Part shown: piece after piece, positions 18,973-29,072 of the stretch
Position numbering within the stretch: the first letter of the stretch is position 1
Layout of the letters: every line of letters starts with the position of its first letter
DNA from: an uncultured delta proteobacterium
GTDB lineage: Bacteria; Desulfobacterota; Binatia; UBA9968
Assembly (NCBI GenBank): GCA_963737905.1
Contig: CAVTUQ010000025.1
Coordinates: 128,001-192,000 of the forward strand
Reading direction: 5' to 3'
DNA length: 64,000 nt
Notes under the pieces: model-generated
Seen by the model: the letters and a program-made list of their open reading frames with translations, nothing else
What the model was told of the DNA's origin: nothing
Database searches by the model: none
Position numbers and translations under genes: made by a program

Positions 18973-19836
18973 TTATTTATCAGCCGCTAACAACGGGGAC
19001 GCTTGCAAAGCCTCGGTCAAGGCAAGAAACTCTTCGGTCTTTAGGGTCTCTCCCCGGCGCATGGGATCAACTCCTGTGAGGCGGAGGAGGCCTTCGATTT
19101 CGTTTCGATCTCGCTGTAACCCATTCGCCAGCGCGTTACCCAAGGTCTTGCGCCGCTGGCCGAAAGCTGAACGGACAACCCCCCGCAGCAAAGGAAGCTC
19201 CTTTACAGGAACCAGCGGCTCTTGATAAAGATCGATCTTTAGCACGGTCGATCTCACTTTGGGTTTGGGGAAGAATGCCTCCGGGGAGACGGTTATCTTT
19301 TCGACGATGCGTCCATGCACCTGGCACCAAACGGATAGTGTCCCGTACGCTTTCGTGCCCGGAACGCTGGCCATTCTATCGGCCACTTCTTTCTGCACCA
19401 TTAAAACCAAAGACGAAAAATGTTCTCGCCAATCGAACAAACGAAACAAAACAGGTGTGGAGATGTTGTAGGGTAAATTGCCCACCAATTTAACTTTATG
19501 TGGCGGCAGAAAATCCTCCGGTGACACATTGAGAATGTCATCGTGGATCAGTTGAAAAGCCGGGTGGGAGCCTAAGGAACTACCCTTCAAACGATTGACC
19601 AAGGCAGAATCGATTTCGACGGCCCACACCCTCTTTGCCGTGTTGACTAACCGGCGGGTCAAAAAACCCAACCCCGGCCCGATCTCGACGACCTCATCCT
19701 GGGGAGTAAGGTCGAGGAGTTGAACAATGGACGCGATGATGTTTTCGTGAATAAGAAAGTTTTGGCCCAGCTGTTTTCTGGGCTTAAATTCAGATTCCCT
19801 CAGCGTAGCACGCACTTCTTCATAGAGGGTCGTCAT
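18973..19836 (-). CDS. rsmA: 16S rRNA dimethyladenosine transferase
   Basis: LGQNFL, EIGPGLG, GNLPYNIS, MVQKEVA, F.P.PKV.S, FGQRRKTL. Confidence 0.97.
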   Translation of the reverse strand: MTTLYEEVRATLRESEFKPRKQLGQNFLIHENIIASIVQLLDLTPQDEVVEIGPGLGFLTRRLVNTAKRVWAVEIDSALVNRLKGSSLGSHPAFQLIHDDILNVSPEDFLPPHKVKLVGNLPYNISTPVLFRLFDWREHFSSLVLMVQKEVADRMASVPGTKAYGTLSVWCQVHGRIVEKITVSPEAFFPKPKVRSTVLKIDLYQEPLVPVKELPLLRGVVRSAFGQRRKTLGNALANGLQRDRNEIEGLLRLTGVDPMRRGETLKTEEFLALTEALQASPLLAADK

Positions 19837-19876
19837 TTTGTGTCAACCCTACCATTCACAAATTCCGGACTTTTGC

Positions 19877-20875
19877 TTATAACGTAAGAGCGGCGTCGGC
19901 GTTGAGACAGAAATCGTCTCGGCGTCCGCGTTTGAGCCAGTGATAACCGGTCAAGGCGATCATCGCGCCATTGTCCGTGCAAAACTTGGGCGAAGGAAAG
20001 TAAACTTTTAACCCTTCCGCATCCGCCCTCTCCGTCATCTTCTCCCGCAATCGACTATTCGCGGCGACTCCGCCGGCAAGCACGATGCGGCTCACGCGGC
20101 AGGCGACGGCCGCTTTCACCGTAGGCTGGACGAGCATATCGACGACGGCTTCTTGAAAACTCGCGGCGATATCTGCTAGGTGATTTTGCCACGGTTCTCT
20201 GCTCTGGGACTTTAGATACTGCCACACGGAAGTCTTGATACCGCTAAAACTGAACTGGTAAGAACCTTTCTTGATCTGGGCGCGCGGAAAGCGGACCGCC
20301 TTGGGATTGCCGCGTTTAGCGAGATCGTCGATGATTCGTCCCCCCGGATACCCCAACCCCATCATCTTGGCAACTTTGTCATAAGCCTCACCCGCCGCAT
20401 CGTCGCGGGTGCCACCGAGGTGGATATACTCACCGATATCCTTAACGCAGTAGAGGAGTGTATGTCCGCCGGAAGCGAGCAACGCAATATACGGAAACCC
20501 AACTTCATGTTCCAGTTGAATCGCTAGCAAATGGGCCTCCAGATGGTTAACGCCGACATAAGGGATGTTCCAGCGGAACGAAATGCCTTTTATCATCGAC
20601 AATCCCACCAGCAACGACCCGACAAGCCCCGGGCCATAAGTCACCGCCATACCATCAAGATCATGGAGCGTGACGCCGGCTTTCTCTAAGGCTCCATCGA
20701 CGATCGGGAGAATGTTTTGGACATGCTGGCGCGATGCCAACTCCGGGACCACCCCGCCGTAGGGACTGTGAACCTGGTCTTGAGACGAAACGACATTCGC
20801 TAAAACCGTGTTCCCATCGCGCACCACCGCAGCTGCCGTATCGTCACAGGACGTTTCAACGCCTAGGGTCAACAT
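19877..20875 (-). CDS. tsaD: tRNA N6-adenosine threonylcarbamoyltransferase
   Basis: GVETSCDDT, GGVVPELASR, HLEAH, SGGHT, DDAAGEAYDK, CTDNGAMI. Confidence 0.97.
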   Translation of the reverse strand: MLTLGVETSCDDTAAAVVRDGNTVLANVVSSQDQVHSPYGGVVPELASRQHVQNILPIVDGALEKAGVTLHDLDGMAVTYGPGLVGSLLVGLSMIKGISFRWNIPYVGVNHLEAHLLAIQLEHEVGFPYIALLASGGHTLLYCVKDIGEYIHLGGTRDDAAGEAYDKVAKMMGLGYPGGRIIDDLAKRGNPKAVRFPRAQIKKGSYQFSFSGIKTSVWQYLKSQSREPWQNHLADIAASFQEAVVDMLVQPTVKAAVACRVSRIVLAGGVAANSRLREKMTERADAEGLKVYFPSPKFCTDNGAMIALTGYHWLKRGRRDDFCLNADAALTL

Positions 20876-20887
20876 ACTTGTAAATCC

Positions 20888-21658
20888 TCAGTGAGAAATT
20901 GCCTGACTCTGCCCTTGGAGCCGCGCTAGAGCATCGTTGGCAGTACGGTTACCTGAATTCAGGCGCAATGCTTGGGCATAGCTGGCTTCCGCCTTGTCGA
21001 CCATCCCGAGAGCGCGAAAATTTTCACCGCGAAGGGCGTGCACTTCGGCGAGCCAGAAGGGTTCTGCGTTGAGACGAGATTCGGCCACCTCAAGAAAACT
21101 CAGAGATTCTTTGTAACGTCCAAGACGGTAATGTGTTTTGGCCAAATAAAAGTAACCGTAGGGATTCGTCGAATCGATAACGATGGTCTTTTCCAAGCGA
21201 GACAGAGCTTTCGAAGCATCCCCCGCTTCGAGGAGTTTCTTACCCTCCTCTGTAAGCCGAAGCGACGCAGCGCGTTGCGGAGAGGTTCCCGGAGTGATTT
21301 TGGAGAGCAACGAGCTGTCATCCGGCAACGGAGCGGTAGTGGACTCCGGGGTAACAAGCGAAGGTTTAGCCGTCTCCTTCGCGGCTGGGGGGGGGATAGC
21401 GATCGCGGGGGGGATCGGGCTTCTGCTTTTTAGGTCCTGTTCCCTGATCTTTGATTCCTGAGGCAAAGGTTTTCTCGGCAGTTCCTCCACTGGCGACGGG
21501 GTTGGAGCTGGCGGAACCTTCGCAGATGAATACGGCGAACTACTGGACGTCAGAGGTGTCCGATGCAGTGGCCGCGGCGCGCAGCTTTGCGTTACCCCCA
21601 TGATCCCTGCAAAGCTGAGGATGAGAAACCACCCCTTCGGGAGGCCGTTTGTTTTCAT
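20888..21658 (-). CDS. Putative TPR lipoprotein with Pro-rich linker
   Basis: From ATG 21658: MKTNG...FLILSFAGIMGVTQS-C, a Pro/Ser-rich segment, then about 3 TPR-like repeats (e.g. NPYGYFYLAK, YAQALRLNSGN). Confidence 0.75.
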   Translation of the reverse strand: MKTNGLPKGWFLILSFAGIMGVTQSCAPRPLHRTPLTSSSSPYSSAKVPPAPTPSPVEELPRKPLPQESKIREQDLKSRSPIPPAIAIPPPAAKETAKPSLVTPESTTAPLPDDSSLLSKITPGTSPQRAASLRLTEEGKKLLEAGDASKALSRLEKTIVIDSTNPYGYFYLAKTHYRLGRYKESLSFLEVAESRLNAEPFWLAEVHALRGENFRALGMVDKAEASYAQALRLNSGNRTANDALARLQGQSQAISH

Positions 21659-21672
21659 GACAAAAAATCGCC

Positions 21673-24003
21673 TCAGTCGAATTTTGAGACTTGCCGCGAC
21701 GTCCCCGGATGCAATGGGCAAGTCGTTGTCGGTTCGTCACCTTCGAGAAATGCCTCTCGCAAGACATACGAGCAGTTCGCTGTCGCCAGCTGACCGCTCA
21801 ACGGATCAATTTCAACAATCTTGATACCGGGTGGCGGGACGAAATCAGTTATCGGGGCGCCGGCGGTTGCAAGCTTCATAAATTCAGTCCAGATGGGAAG
21901 CGCCGCTTGAGCGCCCGAAAGACCCAGTTTCGCCTTGTTGTCAAAGCCTACCCAAACCACGGCCAGCAAATCTGGGGTATAACCAACGAACCAAGCATCC
22001 TTATAATCGTTCGTGGTTCCCGTTTTGCCGGCAGCCGGACGTGTGAAGCCCCATCGTCGGGCCGCATCCGCCGTGCCGCGGTCGAAGACTCCCTTCAAAA
22101 GGTAGTTCATGATGAAAGCTATTTGCGGTGTTAGCACTTTCTCAACTCTTACGTCACGCTTTTCACGCACTCCACCATTCGTATCTATAACCTGTTTCAC
22201 AGCGAGGGGACGGGTGCGCACGCCATTATTCGCCAAGGTTGAAAACGCAACGGCGACTTCCAGTGGTGTCACCTCTGCGGCACCCAGTGCCAATGACGGC
22301 ACCGCCGGGAGGGAACTCTGAATGCCAAGGCGGTGAGCGATATTACCTACCCGTTTGATCCCCACATCCCGGGCGATTCGCGCAGTGGCTGAGTTCAAAG
22401 ACTTCTCGAGCGCGCGGCGAAAGGTAACTGTACCAAAATACTGGTCGTTGTAGTTGCCGGGCTCCCACTCCTGACCGTCGTAGCTCCACGTAAAGGGAGA
22501 ATCCTCCACCATGGTCGCCGGTGTAAACTTCTTCCCGCCTTCGCCACCCGACAGGAGGGCCGCCAAGTAGACAAACGGTTTAAAGATCGATCCCGGTTGT
22601 CGTTTCGCTTGGAAAACGCGGTTGAATTGTGACTTTTGATAGCTCCGGCCGCCTACCATCGCCTTAATCTCGCCTGTCTGAGGCCGGAGCACGACGATAG
22701 CGCCCTCCAGGTTATCTTCCTCTCCTTGTCGTCGCAGAGCCGGATAGGACGCCTCTAGCTTCTTGAGTCCCTCAGCGAGGGACCTTTCCGCCATCTTTTG
22801 TAGCTGCAGGTCCATGCTGGTGAAGATATTAAGCCCCTCAGCAGTGAGCACATTGTTGGAATAATTCTCCGCCAATTCGCGTCGGAGATAGTCAACATAG
22901 TAAGGGGCATCATTGGTGACTTTTACTAACTCCCGACGCGGCAGACTCTCCCCCATCGCCGCCTCGTATTGCTTGTGGGTAATAATCTTGTCGTCCAATA
23001 ACTTTGCCAGGACGACGTTTCTCCGTTTGGTCGCTGCATCCTGACTGCGATAGGGTGAAAGTCTATTCGGCGCTCGGACCAAGCCTGCCAACAGAGCCAC
23101 CTCGCCCACCGTAAGCTCGGATAACGGCTTGGAGAAATAGAACTGTGATGCCTCCCAGATGCCGAAAATCCCTTGAGACCCTCTCTGGCCAAGGTATATT
23201 TCGTTTAGATAATTTTCCAAAATTTCATCTTTGGTATATTTGCGTTCCGCGATCAGCGCCATGATCGCCTCTTTCATCTTGCGACTGAATTTGCGCTCGT
23301 CGCTGAGGAAAAAATTCTTCATCAATTGCTGGGTAAGTGTACTGCCGCCCTGGACCACGCCTCCGCTGCGAAGATTGACCCACGTGGCACGCACGATCGA
23401 AACCGGATCAATACCGTGGTGATGGTAAAACCGCTCGTCCTCGACTGCCAAAATGGCCTTGACAATCAAGGGGGGCACTTCAGACAGTGAAACAACTCTT
23501 CGCTCCTCCCAGACCCGCTCATAAAGACCGGTGATTAGCTCCGGCTCCAGCTCGAGGGAAAACAATTCTTCCCCTGTCGTACTGTTTTCAATCTTGGTGA
23601 TGGTGGTACCCTGCAGTGAGAGGCGAACCGGAAAGCCCCTAAACTGGTCCGCAGGATAAGCAAAATCGTGGAGATAAATTTCTAATAGTCCACGGGAAGA
23701 TTGCAAACGATATTCCCCCCGCGCTTTGGGCGCAGACTGTATTTCGTGATAGCCGAGGCGGCGGAGTTTCTCCACCAAATCCTGGGAACGAAGATTGATT
23801 CCGACATAGAGCAAATAGGAGTCAGAGTAGATCTTGGACGGGAAGCGCCACTTTTGCCCTTCAAATTTAGCTGCGACGGTTTCCTCAAGCCGTCTGAGAT
23901 ACCAACCGCCAAAAACAAGCCCGGTGGAAGTGACGATGAGAAGCGAAACGAGGAGGATACCAAAAATTCGAAGTTTGGGCCTTTTCAAAACCTGACACTC
24001 CAA
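21673..24003 (-). CDS. mrcB: Class A penicillin-binding protein 1B
   Basis: TM anchor, UB2H-like insert (LRRLGY...GEY), glycosyltransferase motifs EDERF/QGGSTLTQQ/RKMKE, transpeptidase motifs SIFK, SLN, KTG. Confidence 0.9.
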   Translation of the reverse strand: MECQVLKRPKLRIFGILLVSLLIVTSTGLVFGGWYLRRLEETVAAKFEGQKWRFPSKIYSDSYLLYVGINLRSQDLVEKLRRLGYHEIQSAPKARGEYRLQSSRGLLEIYLHDFAYPADQFRGFPVRLSLQGTTITKIENSTTGEELFSLELEPELITGLYERVWEERRVVSLSEVPPLIVKAILAVEDERFYHHHGIDPVSIVRATWVNLRSGGVVQGGSTLTQQLMKNFFLSDERKFSRKMKEAIMALIAERKYTKDEILENYLNEIYLGQRGSQGIFGIWEASQFYFSKPLSELTVGEVALLAGLVRAPNRLSPYRSQDAATKRRNVVLAKLLDDKIITHKQYEAAMGESLPRRELVKVTNDAPYYVDYLRRELAENYSNNVLTAEGLNIFTSMDLQLQKMAERSLAEGLKKLEASYPALRRQGEEDNLEGAIVVLRPQTGEIKAMVGGRSYQKSQFNRVFQAKRQPGSIFKPFVYLAALLSGGEGGKKFTPATMVEDSPFTWSYDGQEWEPGNYNDQYFGTVTFRRALEKSLNSATARIARDVGIKRVGNIAHRLGIQSSLPAVPSLALGAAEVTPLEVAVAFSTLANNGVRTRPLAVKQVIDTNGGVREKRDVRVEKVLTPQIAFIMNYLLKGVFDRGTADAARRWGFTRPAAGKTGTTNDYKDAWFVGYTPDLLAVVWVGFDNKAKLGLSGAQAALPIWTEFMKLATAGAPITDFVPPPGIKIVEIDPLSGQLATANCSYVLREAFLEGDEPTTTCPLHPGTSRQVSKFD

Positions 24004-24044
24004 ATATGAAATTTATTGTTACCCAGTTCCTACGCAAAAGCAAC

Positions 24045-24078
24045 AAAAAGAGGGCCGTGTGTGATCACCCGGCCCTCT
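24045..24078 (-). terminator. Rho-independent terminator after degP
   Basis: AGAGGGCCG...CGGCCCTCT stem, giving a U-tail on the minus strand. Confidence 0.75.
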
Positions 24079-24104
24079 GATAAACGGGGGATAACGGGGA
24101 GGAA

Positions 24105-25598
24105 TTAGTTTTGCGGCTTGAGTGCCAGGAAAAGCGTGCTCTCACCGCGGCGCACCAATAGAAGAACCCCTTTCCCTTTACGAATCCCGGCGAGGGATTT
24201 CTTGTATTCGTCGATACTACGTATGGGCTTTCTATCGACTTCAAGGATTACGTCTCCCCGTCGAATTCCCGCCTCATCGGCCGCGCTCCCCGGATCTACG
24301 GCTGACACAACGACACCGTCTGCCTTGTCCAGTCCCAAACTTTCCGCGATCTGGGGCGTCAGCTTCTGCACCGTCATCCCTAATTCGCCCTTTTCGGGAG
24401 CAGAGGCGACCACTTCTTCGTCCTTCAGTTCACCAACACTCACCGTCAGTTGCAGTTCTTTCTTGTCGCGCAACACCTTCATGCGCACCCTGCGATCCAC
24501 AGGAGTCCGCGCAACAATGATGGGCAGGTCTCCGGAGTCTCTAATCTCCTTACCGTCGAATTCGATGATAACGTCGCCGACTTTGACGCCTGCTTTCTCC
24601 GCCGGCCCATCTTTTGAGACATTGGCGACCAGAGCGCCATGGCCTTTATCCATACCCAAGCTCTCAGCGATTTCCGGGGTAACCTTCTGAATCAGCACCC
24701 CCAAGTAACCGCGCGTAACTTTGCCCTTGCCTCTGAGCTGCGGGAGAAGTTCTTTGACAAGATTGATCGGGATAGCAAAGCCGATTCCGATATTGCCGCC
24801 CGAACGGCTGAAGATGGCGGTGTTGATGCCGATCACTTCGCCGCTCAGATTGATCAGGGGACCGCCAGAGTTTCCGGGATTAATCGAGGCATCGGTCTGG
24901 ATAAAATTGTCATAGGGGCCCTGGCCGATATGACGACCTTTGGCACTCACAATCCCCGAGGTCACGGTGCTGTCCAAGCCGAAGGGATTGCCAATAGCCA
25001 TGACCCATTCTCCGACCTCGAGGTTGTCCGAATCTCCCAGGCTCGCGGCGGTCATGCCGCCTTTAATATCGATCTTGATCACGGCGATATCGGTCTTTGG
25101 ATCCCGTCCCACGACCTTGGCCTCATATTCTTGTTCGTCCGAGAGTTTCACGACGATCTTCTGCGCATTCTCGACCACATGGTTGTTCGTCAGAATCGAT
25201 CCATCGCCATCGATGATAAACCCAGAGCCCAGACTTCTTTGCCGTTGCGGACCTCGGGGCACGGGTCCGCCGAAGAACCGCTTCCAAAAATCATTGAACG
25301 GGTCGTCTTCGCCAAACGGATTGCCGAACTCTTGTTGGCCCCGTCCTTCACTGACCTGAGTCGTAGAAATATTAACGACCACGGGTCTCATCTTCTTGGC
25401 CAGATCGACAAAGTCCGGCAATTGACCGGGCGACCGCGGTTCGGGTTTTCCACTTTCACTCATCATGTTTACGGCGCGGCTGGGCGATAGCCAATCGAGG
25501 CTGCCGCTGATTCCGAGACCGACCACCAGCGAAACCAAAGCGACTAGCATGACCCCTTTAAACCCTACGTTTCCGCTCCAGATGCTTTTCAAGTTCAT
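24105..25598 (-). CDS. Do/DegP-DegQ family serine protease with two PDZ domains
   Basis: GSGFII, TNNHVV, DIAV, IQTDASINPGNSGGPL and two PDZ domains. Confidence 0.95.
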   Translation of the reverse strand: MNLKSIWSGNVGFKGVMLVALVSLVVGLGISGSLDWLSPSRAVNMMSESGKPEPRSPGQLPDFVDLAKKMRPVVVNISTTQVSEGRGQQEFGNPFGEDDPFNDFWKRFFGGPVPRGPQRQRSLGSGFIIDGDGSILTNNHVVENAQKIVVKLSDEQEYEAKVVGRDPKTDIAVIKIDIKGGMTAASLGDSDNLEVGEWVMAIGNPFGLDSTVTSGIVSAKGRHIGQGPYDNFIQTDASINPGNSGGPLINLSGEVIGINTAIFSRSGGNIGIGFAIPINLVKELLPQLRGKGKVTRGYLGVLIQKVTPEIAESLGMDKGHGALVANVSKDGPAEKAGVKVGDVIIEFDGKEIRDSGDLPIIVARTPVDRRVRMKVLRDKKELQLTVSVGELKDEEVVASAPEKGELGMTVQKLTPQIAESLGLDKADGVVVSAVDPGSAADEAGIRRGDVILEVDRKPIRSIDEYKKSLAGIRKGKGVLLLVRRGESTLFLALKPQN

Positions 25599-25607
25599 CG
25601 CACGCTC

Positions 25608-26045
25608 CTATTTCTTCTTCACCGCCTCCACATATTTCATTCTCAAGTCGAACAGAATATCCTCGATAAGTCTTTCTTCACCCGCATCTAAATTGCCGCG
25701 GCTCTTTTCTTGCAACATGCCGAGAATATCGATCATCTGTTTAGCCACTGGAATATCGGCTTCGTTTTTGCCGCTCAGGGGGTTCGCGATCTCACCCAAG
25801 TGCATAAGCGCCTGGGTGCTGAGACTGATGATAAAAGTCGAAAAGTTGATTTCGGGGAGGGATTCATGAACCGGCTCGGTTTTGTTTTGCGATTCGCCAA
25901 CGCTTTCACTTCCACCAGGCATGGTAAACCCTTTGGATTCTTCAGAAGCTTCACGAGCTTCGCCGGTCTCCGGTGAAAATCGGCGCCGATCTTGAACCGT
26001 GAATCCTTTGCCTTCTTGCTTTTCTTCCTCTCCAGCCATATCCAC
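25608..26045 (-). CDS. DUF1844 domain protein
   Basis: FSTFIISLSTQALMHLG...AKQMIDILGMLQEKSRGNL...LRMKYV. AAGGAGG RBS. Confidence 0.85.
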   Translation of the reverse strand: MDMAGEEEKQEGKGFTVQDRRRFSPETGEAREASEESKGFTMPGGSESVGESQNKTEPVHESLPEINFSTFIISLSTQALMHLGEIANPLSGKNEADIPVAKQMIDILGMLQEKSRGNLDAGEERLIEDILFDLRMKYVEAVKKK

Positions 26046-26059
26046 CCTCCTTTAGAGAG

Positions 26060-26111
26060 AAAAAAAGCCTGGAAACGACTTCCGCCATCTTGCCAGCGGG
26101 TCTCTCCAGGC
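26060..26111 (-). terminator. Long hairpin plus U7 directly upstream of the DUF1844 RBS
   Basis: Minus strand GCCTGGAGAGACCCGC-loop-GCGGAAGTCGTTTCCAGGC-TTTTTTT. Confidence 0.7.
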
Positions 26112-26207
26112 ACTCGTTTGAAGATTTATGCTAATTGCTATTCCACGCTTGTTACAGCGTAAACGACACGCCCATCCCGTCTCGGTAAACAGCTGTTATC
26201 TCTCAAT

Positions 26208-27230
26208 TTACTTAATAATTTCAGCATTCACTGTAATCCCTACCCCCCCCCTTGTCAAGGTGAGCTTCTCCGCCAAACCGGCCAATCTTTGGATTACATA
26301 TTCAGGCTCTAGCGTGGTTAGGCATTTCCGATGCGGACAAGTTTTCATCGTCGAGACCGTGCATGGTGCACATTCGATGTTCTGGGTCAGTACGGTGACA
26401 TTCTTGCCGCGGGGTGCCCATCGTAGAACATTCGAAGGACCAAACAACACCGCGGTTACAACACCCAGCGCCGCAGCTAAATGACTCACACCACTATCAT
26501 TCCCAAGGTACAAGTCACTGCGTGCTAGTAGCGCCGCCAGCTTTCCCAAATTCAAGTTACGAGCAACTACAGCCTGCCGACACAAAGCCGTGTAGTCTCC
26601 TTTTTCTTCTTCGACAGGCCCAAGAACGACGACTACCGCGCCACCGGTTTGCCGGCGCCACCAACGAGCGACCGCTCGGAAAAAAGCACCCGGCCAGCTT
26701 TTCTCCCGGGCACCACTGCCTGGGGCAAGTGTCAAAACGAGCTTGCCATCGAGACCGCGCTGCCGCCAATACCCCTCGCCCCATGCCACCGCCTCCGACT
26801 GCAAAGGGATTTCCGGTTTGTCAGTCTCGAGGGAAGGATACCCAAGACATCCAAGATAATAATCAGACTGATGCAGCCGCATTTCAGCCGGATGAAACGG
26901 AAAAACCCGTGCCCGCCCTGAAGACAGCCCATTGAGCTCTTGGACAAACGTCCCTTCCCCGGCGCCCATCCACGAAAAGATAGACGAGTAGGAACTAAAA
27001 AAGTCACGCAGTCGTTCTTCCTGGGAAGACTCAGGAATGAAAAGTCTACGGATCTCATAGCGCTCCAGAGAACCAACCTGGACGGTCGGGGGAACCAAGT
27101 CGGCAAACTCACTACGCGCCAAGAGATCGACTTCCCTATCTCGGCTCAAAACCCGCAACGCAGGCAGAAAGCAAAGGAAATCCCCCAGAGCTCCAGGAAA
27201 AATAACAAGCGCTCGCTGTGCCATCGGCAT
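26208..27230 (-). CDS. Glycosyltransferase family 9 (LPS heptosyltransferase-like)
   Basis: [34 protein letters not shown] and C-terminal Cys cluster. Confidence 0.9.
   Translation of the reverse strand: MPMAQRALVIFPGALGDFLCFLPALRVLSRDREVDLLARSEFADLVPPTVQVGSLERYEIRRLFIPESSQEERLRDFFSSYSSIFSWMGAGEGTFVQELNGLSSGRARVFPFHPAEMRLHQSDYYLGCLGYPSLETDKPEIPLQSEAVAWGEGYWRQRGLDGKLVLTLAPGSGAREKSWPGAFFRAVARWWRRQTGGAVVVVLGPVEEEKGDYTALCRQAVVARNLNLGKLAALLARSDLYLGNDSGVSHLAAALGVVTAVLFGPSNVLRWAPRGKNVTVLTQNIECAPCTVSTMKTCPHRKCLTTLEPEYVIQRLAGLAEKLTLTRGGVGITVNAEIIK
26230..26258 (-). promoter_or_regulatory. Sigma70-type promoter with a G9 tract in the spacer
   Basis: TTGACA-AGGGGGGGGGTAGGGAT (17 nt)-TACAGT, inside the 3' end of the GT9 gene. 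Confidence 0.65.
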
Positions 27231-27330
27231 TATCGAAAAGTCAGTTTCGTTGACTTTGAAATGTCAAAAATATAGCATCTATCTTGAACCGGTTCAGACC
27301 GCATTTCAAATCAGATACCTGAGCATATTT

Positions 27331-28275
27331 GTGGCAAGCATAAATGGCGCCCGATCCATTCTGGATCTCATCGGCTCCACTCCCGTCGTGAAACTGAGAA
27401 CACTTCCCGGAAAAGACGACGCGGAAATATGGGCTAAGATGGAATCTTTCAACCCCGGCGGCTCGGTGAAGGACCGTATCTGTCTAAACATGATCGCAGT
27501 CGCCGAAAACGAGGGGAAACTTAAGCCCGGAGCCACAATCGTTGAACCCACTAGCGGCAATACCGGGATAGGCCTGGCGTTGATCGCCGCAGTAAAGGGT
27601 TACAGGCTCATTCTGACCATGCCGGATACCATGAGCGAAGAGCGACGCAGCCTCCTGTCGGCGTACGGCGCTCACTTAATCCTTACTCCCGACACCAAGG
27701 GCATGGGCGGTGCGATTCACAAGGCCGAGGAGTTGTTGCAAGAACATAGCGAGTATTTCATGCCGCAGCAATTCAACAATCCTGCCAATCCGGACATGCA
27801 CCGAAAGACGACTGCCGTTGAGTTACTAAAACAGTTCAAGCGAATTGATGCTTTCGTAGCAGGTGTCGGTACCGGTGGCACGATTACCGGTGTCGGAGAA
27901 GTTCTTAAAGATAAGATGAAAAATGTTCGTGTCTGCGCCGTGGAACCGGCTGCTTCCCCGGTCATTTCCGGCGGTGAACCGGGCTATCACAAAATTCAGG
28001 GTATTGGTGCCGGCTTTATTCCGGCGGTTCTCAATCGAGACATTCTGGATGAAGTCATTGCGGTCAGTGATGAGGACGCGACCCTGTGTGCAAGACGCCT
28101 CGCGGCGCAGGAAGGCCTTCTCGTAGGCATTTCGTCCGGGGCCGCTTGCTCTGCTGCCCTAAGAGTTGCAAAGGCTTTAGGCAAGGGGCATGTCGTCGTG
28201 ACCGTCTTCGCCGACAAGGGAGAGCATTATTTGAGCACCGACCTATTCAGCGAAAAACGATGGACGCAAAGCTAG
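27331..28275 (+). CDS. cysK: Cysteine synthase A
   Basis: [14 protein letters not shown] (PLP Lys), [33 protein letters not shown] start at 27331 preferred. Confidence 0.95.
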   Translation: MASINGARSILDLIGSTPVVKLRTLPGKDDAEIWAKMESFNPGGSVKDRICLNMIAVAENEGKLKPGATIVEPTSGNTGIGLALIAAVKGYRLILTMPDTMSEERRSLLSAYGAHLILTPDTKGMGGAIHKAEELLQEHSEYFMPQQFNNPANPDMHRKTTAVELLKQFKRIDAFVAGVGTGGTITGVGEVLKDKMKNVRVCAVEPAASPVISGGEPGYHKIQGIGAGFIPAVLNRDILDEVIAVSDEDATLCARRLAAQEGLLVGISSGAACSAALRVAKALGKGHVVVTVFADKGEHYLSTDLFSEKRWTQS

Positions 28276-29072
28276 AACGCCTGGAGGAAGGGCTGCGAAA
28301 AACCGAGGGAGTCATGGTGGCTTTCTCCGCCGGCGTAGATTCCACATTCCTACTCAAGATTGCGCATATGGTTTTGGGTGACCGCGCCGTCGCCCTAACG
28401 GCATCGTCCGCCACGATACCGCCTGGAGAACTGACAGCGGCACAAGAGTTCGCCGCGAGCCTCGGCGTCCGGCATATTGTCTTGGACTCTCACGAACTTG
28501 CCAACCCGTCATTTACCCAGAATCCCGCTAACCGATGTTTTTTCTGCAAAGACGAGCTCTACAAGATTTGTCGAGAACAGGCTGATCAATTGGGAATCGC
28601 GACCATCATAGACGGCACCAACCTGGATGATTTGCGGGATCACCGTCCGGGTCTCAAGGCCGCCAAAGAATGGGGTGTTCGTCATCCCTTGGTGGAAGCC
28701 GATATGACCAAGGAAGATATTCGCGGTTACAGTCGGGATCTCAATCTTCCGACCTGGGACAAGCCGTCCAGCCCCTGTCTCTCCTCCCGTTTTCCCTTCG
28801 GAACCGAGATCAACCTCGAACGGCTAAAAAAAATCGCTGCTTGCGAGCTATTGATGAAGGAACTCGGCTTTCGGGAGTTTCGTGTCCGCTACCACGGCGA
28901 TCTGGCCCGGATCGAAGTAGCCCAGGAGGAATTCCACCGGTGGTTCGAAAAAACTACGCGAGACGCCGTGGTGCAAAAATTCAAACAGATTGGGTTTCAC
29001 TATGTAAGTCTCGATTTGCAGGGTTATCGGACCGGGAGTATGAACGAGACCTTGCACAAAACACCGGGTTAG
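28260..29072 (+). CDS. larE: LarE family ATP-dependent sulfur transferase
   Basis: PP-loop [51 protein letters not shown]. Confidence 0.92.
   Translation: MDAKLERLEEGLRKTEGVMVAFSAGVDSTFLLKIAHMVLGDRAVALTASSATIPPGELTAAQEFAASLGVRHIVLDSHELANPSFTQNPANRCFFCKDELYKICREQADQLGIATIIDGTNLDDLRDHRPGLKAAKEWGVRHPLVEADMTKEDIRGYSRDLNLPTWDKPSSPCLSSRFPFGTEINLERLKKIAACELLMKELGFREFRVRYHGDLARIEVAQEEFHRWFEKTTRDAVVQKFKQIGFHYVSLDLQGYRTGSMNETLHKTPG

Noticed and set aside
26135-26227. 29-codon leader peptide (MLKLLSK...VTSVE) in the DUF1844 leader
   Set aside because: Its ATG lies only 2 nt after the predicted -10 box, upstream of a plausible TSS, and it has no run of regulatory codons.
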